Part shown: piece after piece, positions 1 through 8,536 of the stretch | Position numbering within the stretch: position 1 is the first letter of the stretch | How the letters are laid out: the number at the start of each line of letters is the position of its first letter | Source of the DNA: Octopus sinensis | Taxonomy: Eukaryota | DNA length: 9,726 bases | Reading direction: 5' to 3' | Assembly: GCF_006345805.1 (NCBI RefSeq) | Contig: NW_021827767.1 | Coordinates: forward strand, 1 to 9,726 | Notes under the pieces: generated by a model | Database searches by the model: none | What the model was told of the DNA's origin: nothing | The model's input: the letters and a program-made list of their open reading frames with translations, nothing else | Program-made: the position numbers and the translations under genes

Positions 1-45
1 TATATGTATGCATGTATGTATCTATGTATGTATATATACACACTT
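1..45. repeat. (TATG)n/(TA)n microsatellite, cut by window edge
   Basis: Directly visible imperfect TATG/TA repeats. Confidence 0.9.
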
Positions 46-220
46 GTCACCTTTTCACACGCTTACTATAATAACTTGTTGCATTCCGGTATCACTGTCA
101 AATGCAGTCCTTATTCTCTGCATAAACTTATCAAACCACACATCGTACGGAGAGAATTCAATTTCTTTGCGCGGTTGGAAATAGTGCGGAGTTGCACTTC
201 ATCTCGAGCATCAGTTCGGT

Positions 221-270
221 AGTATGTATATATGTATATATTATGTGTGTGTGGTGTGTGTGTGTGTGTC
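221..270. repeat. (TA)n-(TG)n compound microsatellite
   Basis: Directly visible. Confidence 0.9.
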
Positions 271-386
271 TCGTGTGGAGAGCACCAATCAGACGTGTTG
301 TCAAGTTGTGACATACCACCCAACCGAACGTAAAAATGACAGTTTGCTTGCAACTTTTATAAACGTAATTATACAAAGTTAACTGC

Positions 387-483
387 GGGACCTCTACGTG
401 GTCACTCGACCTGTTAGAAACAGTAATCATATCATTCCTAAATTGCACTGCTTTACTTTCTTAAGAAAGAACGGGAAACATTG
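387..483 (+). mobile_element. possible diverged interspersed-repeat fragment
   Basis: GGGACCTCTACGTGGTCACTCGACCTGTTAGAAA... resembles, from memory only, a cephalopod SINE-type repeat. There is no second copy in the window to confirm it. Confidence 0.3.
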
Positions 484-484
484 T

Positions 485-894
485 CTTTCATCTTCTTTCA
501 CTTGTTTCAGTCATTGGACTGCGACCATATTGGGACAGTGCCTTCAAGGGTTTTGTCAAACAAATCCACATATTTGTTTCTAAGTCTGGTAATTATTCTA
601 TGGGTCTCCTTCGCAGAAATACAATGTTATAGTGCCGTAAACAAACTGACGCCGGTTGTTAAACGGTGTACGTGTGTATGTGTATGAGCAAACACACACA
701 CACACACAACACTCACACAACACACACACACACAACACACACACACATATACATACATATGGAGGACTTCCATACAGTTTCCGTCTCCTAAATTCATTCA
801 CAAGGCATTGGTGAACCCGAGGACTATAACTATAACAGAAAGTGCCGCTCACATTGCGAATGAACTCGAAACCTCGTGGTTGCCAAGTAAGCTA
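485..894 (-). mobile_element. SINE family A (CORE-like tRNA SINE), old diverged copy
   Basis: Colinear with 990-1420: CTTGTTTCAGTCATTGGACTGC tail region, CGTAAACA block, internal (CA)n, CAGTTTCCGTCT and CACAAGGC blocks, and a degenerate B-box at 856-867. Confidence 0.75.
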
Positions 895-989
895 TTAGAA
901 AACAAGCAAAACGAAAACAACAAGAGGGATACAAGTGTCGTTGATCGCTAATATAAGACTTTGGGGCTGAACAGAAATGAAATATACGC

Positions 990-1420
990 TTTTACTCTTT
1001 TTTTTTTTACTCTTTTTACTTGTTTCAGTCATTTGACTGCGGCCATGTTGGAGCACCACCTTTAGTCGAGCAAATCGACCCCAGGACTTATTCTTTGTAA
1101 GCCTAGTACTTACTCTATCAGTCTCTTTTGCCGAACCACTAAGTTACGGGGACGTAAACACACCAGCATCGGTGGTCAAGCGATGTTGGGGAGGGGAACA
1201 AACACAGACACACAACACACACACACATATATATTATATATACATATACATATATACGACGGGCTTCTTTCAGTTTCCGTCTACCAAATCCACTCACAAA
1301 GCTTTGGTCGGCCCGGGGCTATAGTAGAAGATACTTGTCCAAGTTACAACGCAGTGGGACTGAATCCGGAACCAAGTGGTTCGTAAAGAAGCTACTTGCT
1401 ACAAAGCCACTCTTACGCCT
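990..1420 (-). mobile_element. SINE family A (tRNA-derived CORE-like SINE, resembles octopus OR-type SINEs), near full length
   Basis: Read on the minus strand: tRNA-like head with a B-box-like GGATTCAGTCCC (1356-1367), CORE-like ACTTGGACAAGTATCTT...GCCCCGGG, internal (TA)(TG) microsatellite, and a (GAGTAAAA)-type repeat tail. Homologous copies lie at 485-894 and 8047-8260. The family name is from recollection. Confidence 0.88.
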
Positions 1421-1607
1421 ATTTACAAAGCATTTATCAGTATTTACAGCAGTTGTTCTCAACCATTTCTTATCTATGAACCCATTTTATGGTTATTTTA
1501 CTCTGGTGAATTCTCATATCCATTGAAGTTTTAAAAACTAGTTTTAGAGAAACATCTTTCTTTTGTTATTCACGCATGAACATGTCTAGGGTTAACTATG
1601 TAAGACA

Positions 1608-1877
1608 TTGTTGCTGTTGCTGTTTGTTCCTTCTCGAACCACGCCTGGCTTATAAGGACCGGTTTCCCGATTTCCTTGGCATATAGGTTCCCCACCTGGA
1701 CGAGAGGCCGGTCCGTCACAGATGGGCTGCTAGATGCAGGAGGAAAGAGTGAGAGAAAGTTGTGGCGAAAGAGTCAGCAGAAGTTCGCCATTACCTTTTT
1801 CCAGAGCCAAGTGGAGCTTAGGTGTTTCGCTCATAAACACACGCATCACCCGGTCTGAGATTCGAACCCGCGATCCC
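1608..1877 (-). mobile_element. SINE family C, tRNA-derived, head truncated, (CAA/CAG)n tail
   Basis: Minus-strand B-box GGTTCGAATCTC (1857-1868), GC-richer body, 3' tail AACAAACAGCAACAGCAACAA. The A-box is absent. Short trinucleotide tails are typical of RTE-mobilised SINEs (inference). Confidence 0.72.
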
Positions 1878-2326
1878 CTCTATATCTAGCCCGCTGTGGG
1901 CAATAAGGAAATAAGAAACATTAGCACGCCGGGCAAAATGCGTAGCCGTATTTCGTCTGCTGTTACGTTCTGAGTTTAAATTCCGCCGAGGTCGACTTTG
2001 CATTTCATCCTTTCGGGGTCGATAAATTAAGTACCAGTTACGCACTGGGGTCGATATAATCGACTTAATCCGTTTGTCTGTCCTTGTTTGTCCCCTCTGT
2101 GTTTAGCCCCTTGTGGGTAGTAAAGAAATAGAAATAGGTATTTCGTCTGCCATTACGTTCTGAATTCAAATTCCGCTGAGCTCGACTTTGCCTTTCATCC
2201 TTTCGGGGTCGATAAATTAAGTACCTGTCATGCACTGAGGTCGATGTAATGGACTTAATACCTTTGTCTGTCCTTGTTTGTCCTCTCTATGTTTATCCCC
2301 TTGTGAGCAATAAAGAAATATGAAAC
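1875..2326 (+). mobile_element. SINE family B head-to-tail tandem array (tail remnant + two units)
   Basis: Tail remnant 1875-1915, unit ~1916-2136 and 5'-truncated unit 2137-2326. The units share GTATTTCGTCTGC, a B-box-like GAGTTYAAATTCC, CCTTTCATCCTTTCGGGGTCGATAAATTAAGTACC and the TGTCCTTGTTTGTCC...CCTTGTG...AAAGAAATA tail. Same family as 6935-7134. Confidence 0.9.
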
Positions 2327-2344
2327 TATGAACAGACTAAATTC

Positions 2345-2391
2345 GGGATGCGACTTATACACGTGTGCAGCTTATACACGAGAATAAACTG
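2345..2391 (+). mobile_element. possible right-end remnant of a Tc2/pogo-type DNA transposon
   Basis: CTTATACACG is repeated at 17-bp spacing (2354-2363, 2371-2380) and followed by AGAATAAACTG. This resembles the ...GCGGCTTATACACGAG..ATACGG ends of Tc2-like elements. No matching left TIR is in the window. Confidence 0.4.
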
Positions 2392-2566
2392 CAAATTTAA
2401 ATTACACGTGAAACAACTGAACAGCAAATTGTAAACGACATTCGATCTTTGGAGACTGAATCTACTGTTCTGCTTATAGCAATCGTTTCACAAAAACCAG
2501 AATTTCTCTGTGGTTTTTCGTTGGTGACAGAATTTTTGTCTCCACAAGAAATTGAAGCAAACAAAA

Positions 2567-2830
2567 CATACACACACACCACACACACACACACACACAC
2601 AAGCCCGCAGTCATTAGAGCACAACTATAAACGCATTCGTCCCTATAGAAAAACACTCACATGCACACACACACACACAACTACACACACACCACATATG
2701 TATATATAAATATATATATATTATATATTATATATATATATATGCAAAAATTAAAACATACATGTATACAAACACACGCACGCACATACACACATGCACT
2801 CACACATACACAAACACGCTTACGTACTCA
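2567..2830. repeat. (CA)n and (TA)n low-complexity cluster
   Basis: Directly visible (CA)n 2567-2600, (CA)n/(TA)n 2661-2745 and degenerate CA repeats to ~2830. Confidence 0.9.
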
Positions 2831-3030
2831 TCCTTACCTACACATCCACACACTTCCCGATATACGGAAACACTTGCACACATATTATCATTCTAACAAC
2901 GTACGCATTCATTCCTTACAGATTCACTGATCCTACATACACACATAAAAAACATACGCTTTCGTACGCATCCCTATATACATACATTCACACACAGACA
3001 AACTTCTTGATATATAGGAATACTCACAAG

Positions 3031-3262
3031 TATATATATATATATATACATATACACATATACATATGTAGATATATATATATATATAATATAATATATA
3101 TATTATATGTATGTATATATATATATATGTATATATATATATGTAATATATATATATATTATATATATGTATATATATATATATATATATGTATTATATA
3201 TATGTATATATATAATGTATATATATATATATATAATATACATATGTCACATGTATATATAG

Positions 3263-3312
<50 letters not shown>

Positions 3313-3323
3313 TATATATATAT
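3031..3323. repeat. long imperfect (TA)n microsatellite (~290 bp)
   Basis: Directly visible. Confidence 0.97.
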
Positions 3324-3409
3324 TACTGTACAACACGCACATCTATGCAAATATAATGAGACTCGTGCGCATATTCATCATACACTTAAACATATACGTA
3401 CGCAGAAGA

Positions 3410-3530
3410 AAATACACACATACATCACTGTACACACACATACACACATTTATCCCTGTCCACAGACACACATACACATATAACCATACTACGCACTCAT
3501 CCCTATATACAGATATATAAACACAAGTTT

Positions 3531-3564
<34 letters not shown>

Positions 3565-3592
3565 AAATACACACGCACGAACACACACGTAC
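3410..3592. repeat. degenerate (CA)n with (CTGT)n(CT)n tract
   Basis: Directly visible; (CTGT)n(CT)n at ~3532-3563. Confidence 0.8.
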
Positions 3593-3780
3593 AAATATGC
3601 TTCGGCTGCAAGTCTCTCTCTTAATCCATAAATTCAGATTTATCTTGGCTTTTCAACGAACGCCGGCGACTTGATACGAAATAGATTTTACCGGTGGCCT
3701 TCAATATGGCAGCTGAAATACAATCAGATGTGAGTTATCATAGAAGCTTGTACACAGGCAAATGCATAATATATACGCGA

Positions 3781-3830
<50 letters not shown>

Positions 3831-3882
3831 TATATATAATATATATATGTATGTATGTATGTATATTAATATAAATATATAA
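3781..3882. repeat. (TA)n/(TATG)n microsatellite
   Basis: Directly visible. Confidence 0.95.
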
Positions 3883-3974
3883 ATACGCATGTGCAAACAA
3901 CGTTTATACACATTATTATAAATCAAACCCTTTTGTAGATGCAAGTATTCAAGTGTATTCACACCTGCACACCT

Positions 3975-4345
<371 letters not shown>

Positions 4346-4880
4346 TAAACTCAATATCTAGGGAAAATATTTTCTCTGCTTGAGAAAAAGTTACAAATGC
4401 AACGTTAGGAAATATTCTTCTAGTCAACTGCTACTTTTAAACGGTATATCCTATATAATTTTAACGACACTAGAAATTAAGCCATACTTTAAGCTGCCTT
4501 AATATTTATTCAAACCATCCAAGACAGTGTTAAGCTTCAGGTTTTTCTCTAAAATCGTAGCAAAGCTGTTCTTGTTAATCGCCCTAAAATGTTCAAAATT
4601 TTGATCTTGAAAAAGAAACAAAAATTTAAAGAGAGTGATAGTAGTATCGATTCTTAAAAGTGCTAGTGGATAGTAGATAGATGAGCAACTGTCGATCTGC
4701 TTACTATTCAAATGTTCTTAAGAGCTTTCTATACAAAACTATTATAATCTATTTAAGAAAAAACAAAACAAAATAAAACCGAAGAAAGTGCTTGATACCT
4801 CATTTCCAAAGATTTAATTAAACCCTAAGAACTTATGTGAATCATTTGATGTTTGCTAATGCCATTATTAGACCTTGAAA

Positions 4881-5003
4881 TGGTAGAATTGTTAGCACGT
4901 CGGACAAAATGATAAGTGGCATTTCTTCAGGTTTTTACGTTCTGTGTTCAAATTCTACCAAGGTCAACTTTGCCTTTCATCCCTTCGAGTTCGATAAAAT
5001 AAG
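4881..5003 (+). mobile_element. SINE family B, diverged 5' fragment retaining A-box and B-box
   Basis: A-box-like TGGTAGAATTGTTAGCACG, then GTGTTCAAATTC and GGTCAACTTTGCCTTTCATCCCTTCGAGTTCGATAAAATAAG. Homologous to 1916-2035. Confidence 0.8.
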
Positions 5004-5486
5004 GCCCGCGATAACAATCTATAATTAATGAAGTACTCTCATTACTTTAATTATTCTATCAAGCGTATATGTTACACTATAATTTGCTCTTAACTAAATA
5101 TAGAAACTAATGCAAAAATTCACATCATATTCTAATATTTAAGAAATGTTTATCAATTAAAAACAAGTAAAGGAAGATTTTGTTTTAAGTTGCTATTATT
5201 ATATTACTAAAAAAAATTAAAGTGATATAATCCCCCCGCCACCGACACACACACACACACCTCAAAATCATCGGACTTGAACTCTGCGACGGATCAGCGT
5301 TCCATTCAAGAGAAATATTGTAATCTTGGTCACTGATACGCCATGGAAACCAGGTAACCGGCTTAAAGAGTGAGTTCTAGGGCTCAAAAAATAAAAAGTC
5401 ATTTACTTGTTGATTAATGGTATCATAAGTTACGTTATAAACTGAAAAGGAAGTTTGATTTTGGAGTATTTGGCACTCTGATTTGT

Positions 5487-5606
5487 CAGGTTCGATATTG
5501 CCCCAAGACACCTGAAGAAGGCGGGAAGGTATACCAGCCGAAATGTTGTGTTAACAGCAAACAAGATGAGGACAAATATTCGTCGAATGTAAATAATGTA
5601 AATAAT
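5487..5606 (+). mobile_element. solo copy of the PLE 3'-terminal (pLTR-like) segment
   Basis: Aligns with the reverse complement of 8304-8412 (about 14 mismatches by hand count plus one 11-nt indel). Ends in AATGTAAAT repeats. No adjacent RT/EN coding sequence. Confidence 0.88.
5507..5552 (+). ncRNA. minimal type I hammerhead ribozyme, family 1 (slightly degenerate)
   Basis: Stem I GACAC (5507-5511)/GTGTT (5548-5552); core CTGAAGA (5512-5518); stem II GGCGGG/CCAGCC with one mismatch; GAAA (5540-5543); stem III ATGT (near-palindrome, ACGT expected); cleavage triplet GTT. Confidence 0.78.
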
Positions 5607-6049
5607 AGTTTTTATTGGTACTTTCAAAATTCATATTTTGCTTTTCATTCTTCACTAAAGTAGGTTTCCAATAGCACTCTCAGAGAGAATATGTTTCAAT
5701 GGCTGCAAGCATGTTGAGCTACGTAAAACTTTAGAGAAAGTAACCTTATTGACCCTTGAAATATTCATAGACCCTTAAAATATTACTTTGATTCCCCAGT
5801 TTTACTATCTTTCTTGCATGAACATCTACCCCACCAAATCTTATATGAACCTTCAGGGGTCACATGCATTATGGTTGGGAACCATGGCTTTACAGGGTAT
5901 TTTAGGTGGGTGGAGGAAGGGTATCCTTAAATCTCAGACCTGGTCCGAATGCTTACAACACAGTAGAACCCTCAGCTATAGGCATCCAAAGTGGCAGGTG
6001 GCAATTTTAAATCAGCTGGCACACGAAGTCTTTCAAATATGTAGACTAT

Positions 6050-6212
6050 GACGGAATTTGAACTCAGGACGCCGAGAGTCGGTACAAATACAAGGCACTA
6101 AATCTGACGTTTTTACAGTCCATTATTCTACCATACTGGATTCATATACTTTATTTTATCGACGCCAAAATATTGAAAGGCAAAGTTGACCTCGGTGCAA
6201 TTTGAACTCTGC
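6050..6212 (-). mobile_element. two diverged SINE family B fragments in tandem
   Basis: 6050-6133 is a head fragment (minus-strand GGTAGAAT... to GAGTTCAAATTCC). 6147-6212 is a B-box + GAGGTCAACTTTGCCTTTCA...GTCGATAAAATAAAGTA fragment. Confidence 0.7.
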
Positions 6213-6461
6213 GTGCAGAGAATCCTATCAAATATAGCAAGTACCAAAGGCTTTCAAGTTAGAAATTAATTGTTCTAATTAAGTTAGACTATTGCTTAAA
6301 ATGGTGGAACCTTGACAAACCGAGGTATTATCCACCAAGTGGAGAAATTCTGTTACTCGTTTCACTGGATTGCAACCATGCCGGGGCACCACCTTGACTA
6401 TGAAAAAAAAAAACTGAAAATTGGAACGCCTACGACTTTTACATCTCTACACTATGAAACG

Positions 6462-6523
6462 CATCATCATCATCATCGTCATCGTCGTCGTCGTCGTCGT
6501 CGTTATTTCTTCTTCTTCTTCTT
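6462..6523. repeat. compound trinucleotide repeat (CAT)n(CGT)n(TTC)n
   Basis: Directly visible. Confidence 0.95.
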
Positions 6524-6934
6524 TTGTGGAAACCGTGTGAATTTTGTTACTCTGTTAATGAAGTGAGGAGATGGAAGAGCCATTTTTATTTTGCAATCTC
6601 CTCCAGAGAAATCTTCTGGAACGTATCTGGATATCTTCCACAGAAGGGGTAAAAAATGGTGGTCATTTTCAGAACCTTTAATTGTTGGTGTTTTACCTTC
6701 ACCCTAAAGGGGTAAAAGAAAAAAAATGGCGTCGTCTTGAAAGAGCGATAACACTGAACAAGAAAAAATATATTCAACTGAATACAACAACTCAGAAAGC
6801 AGAAAATAAATAAAATAAAAAGAAAGCTAATTTAAAGATACAACAAAATGTAAACACTTTACAACGAGAAAAAAAAAAAGATTTATTTGCAAAAAGTACG
6901 AACATTGAAGTAGTTATCAGATATTAGTAACAAT

Positions 6935-7134
6935 CCAGGCGAAATGCGTAACCGTATTTCGTCTGCCGTTATGTTCTGAGTTCAAATTCCGCCGAGGTCG
7001 ACTTTGCCTTTCATCCTTTCGGAGTGGATAAATTAAATACCAATTATGCACTGGGATCGATATAATCAACTTAATCTGTTTGTCTGTCCTTGTTTGTCCC
7101 CTCTGTGTTTAGCCCCTTGTGGCTAATAAAGAAA
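6935..7134 (+). mobile_element. SINE family B, 5'-truncated solo copy with target-site duplication
   Basis: Same body as 1916-2136; B-box GTTCAAATTCC at 6980-6990. Flanked by CAGATATTAGTAACAAT (6918-6934) and CAGACATTAGTAACAAT (7135-7151), a 16/17 match. Confidence 0.92.
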
Positions 7135-7346
7135 CAGACATTAGTAACAATATAGAAATAGCAACAGTAAGAAAGACAACAACGTAGACGACGTCAACGC
7201 AAACACAACCGTTTACTTTACCAACCGTTAATAACTTACTGATAGGGATTTCTCAACGAAGGAATGGATGCGGATTTCTGGTTTCGAATTGAGGAAAGTG
7301 TTTCCAACCATCTTCGTTCTTTCGAGAGAGCTGCCTCAAATATAAG

Positions 7347-7415
7347 GAAACTTGTTATGATTTATCTAGTAGTAAATAAAAGAAACTTGTTATGATTTAT
7401 CAGTAGCAAATAAAA
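7347..7415. repeat. 35/34-bp tandem duplication
   Basis: GAAACTTGTTATGATTTATCTAGTAGTAAATAAAA followed by GAAACTTGTTATGATTTATC-AGTAGCAAATAAAA. Confidence 0.92.
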
Positions 7416-7875
7416 GAAAAGAAATATACCTGGCAGAGCCTTGTGACAAATGAATTTGCTAAAGTATCTGAAAACTTTATGGAACCTCTTATTTTTATCG
7501 AACAAAGAAAAGAAAAAACAAAACAAAAAAGAAAGTCAATTTATCTTTGCTTCTCGAAAAACAATTTAGCCTTTTCATACCACCAAATAATAAAAAAAAG
7601 AATTCAGTCAGCAATGGCGGATTTTTAGAAATACATATCCACTTTGGGCGCAGAAGAAATTGTAGAACGGTATGTGTAATATTTAAACCGGAAGATGAGG
7701 TGATAATTGCTCCCCTTGAAGCTAAGAGCTTACCTCCTCTTAACTATGAGTTTCATGAGTGTGTTTTCTTTCAGGTAACTAAGAGATAAATCAATTTGGA
7801 TTTGTACCCGAACGAATGCGTAGCACACAAGCGAAACACTCAGAGTAACGATGACGTGTACCATCAACTCTGCGC

Positions 7876-7957
7876 GTGTGTATGTGTATACATACCGACA
7901 TACATACATACATACATACATACATACATACATACATGCATGCATATATACATACAT
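7876..7957. repeat. (CATA)n tetranucleotide microsatellite
   Basis: Directly visible. Confidence 0.95.
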
Positions 7958-8046
7958 TGTTTTCATTATCTAGATACCAAATATGGAGCTTTGGATCTTT
8001 GTTGGAAACCAGAAGAATATAAATGATTAAAAAGAGAAGCGACATT

Positions 8047-8260
8047 CTTTTATCCTTTTATTCTTTTACTTGTTTCGGTCAACTGACCGTGGCTATGCTG
8101 GAGCACCGCCTTTTAGTCGAAGAAATCGACCCCTGGACTTATTCTTTGTAAGCCTGGTGCTTATTCTATCAGTTTTATAGGTCGAACCACTACGTTGCGG
8201 GAGCGTAAAACACCAACATTGGTTGTCAAGCAATGATGGGGGACAAACATGCATACATAT
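8047..8260 (-). mobile_element. SINE family A, 3' half
   Basis: Colinear with 990-1250 (TTTTACTTGTTTC.GTCA, GGAGCACC, GGACTTATTCTTTGTAAGCC, GTCAAGC.ATG, GGGACAAAC). Stops at the internal TA microsatellite. Confidence 0.88.
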
Positions 8261-8354
8261 ATATATGTACAGTTCTATATTTAAGAGATGACGAATTATG
8301 TACATTATTTACATTACTTACATTTGACGGATATTTGTCCTCATCTTGTTTGTT

Positions 8355-8392
8355 GTTTCGGCTGATATACACTCCAGCCTTCATCAGGTATC
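8355..8392 (-). ncRNA. hammerhead ribozyme remnant, family 1, cleavage site deleted
   Basis: Minus strand GATAC-CTGATGA-A-GGCTG-gagtgtatat-CAGCC-GAAAC. The following GTTGTGTTAAC seen in the 5487-5606 copy is missing, so the GUH triplet and the 3' strand of stem I are lost. Confidence 0.8.
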
Positions 8393-8454
8393 TTGCGGAA
8401 ATTTCGAACCTGGATTCTCATTCATAAGGTGTTATTATTATTATTCAGGACATT

Positions 8455-8506
8455 GCTTGGAATCGGACTCGGAATCTTGGGGTTAGAAGCCACTACACCA
8501 TATGCC
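8455..8506 (-). promoter_or_regulatory. tRNA-like segment with Pol III A-box and degenerate B-box
   Basis: A-box-like TGGTGTAGTGG (8490-8500) and B-box-like GAGTCCGATTCC (8459-8470; one change from GTTCGA). The 19-nt spacing is short, suggesting an internal deletion. GG-CTTCTAA-CC between the boxes looks like an anticodon loop. Confidence 0.6.
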
Positions 8507-8536
8507 TGTGGGCAATTATGGAATGAATTTTAGGGC

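Noticed and set aside
4-852. Short overlapping ORFs in the first 850 bp
   Set aside because: They cross microsatellites and SINE sequence and contain no recognisable motif.
2449-2570. Unique-looking ORF start METESTVLLIAIV...
   Set aside because: Starts at a TTG, runs into (CA)n, and has no recognisable domain or splice support.
4499-4611. Minus-strand pyrimidine tract + AG followed by DQNFEHFRAINKNSF... (possible exon)
   Set aside because: No recognisable protein, and it does not join in frame with the candidate exon at 7240-7311 (phase 0 gives an early TAG).
4924-4930. Minus-strand CTGAAGA (hammerhead core 5' half)
   Set aside because: No stem II, spaced GAAA or stem I/III; it lies within a SINE fragment.
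5751-5784. 15-bp direct repeat GACCCTT(G/A)AAATATT with 19-bp period
   Set aside because: Only two units and no supporting structure; a minor local duplication.
6640-6735. AAGGGGTAAAA repeated directly, with a partial inverted copy TTTTACC
   Set aside because: Short, imperfect and plausible by chance; no element boundaries found.
7610-7750. CAATGGCGGATTT resembling a DNA-transposon/MITE terminal inverted repeat
   Set aside because: No complementary right end is found in the window.
7762-7790. Strong acceptor-like TTTTCTTTCAG
   Set aside because: All three frames hit a stop within five codons and no upstream exon can be linked.
8455-8506. Functional tRNA gene
   Set aside because: The D-arm/anticodon region is too short, the B-box is mutated and no full cloverleaf forms. 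Kept only as a tRNA-like remnant.
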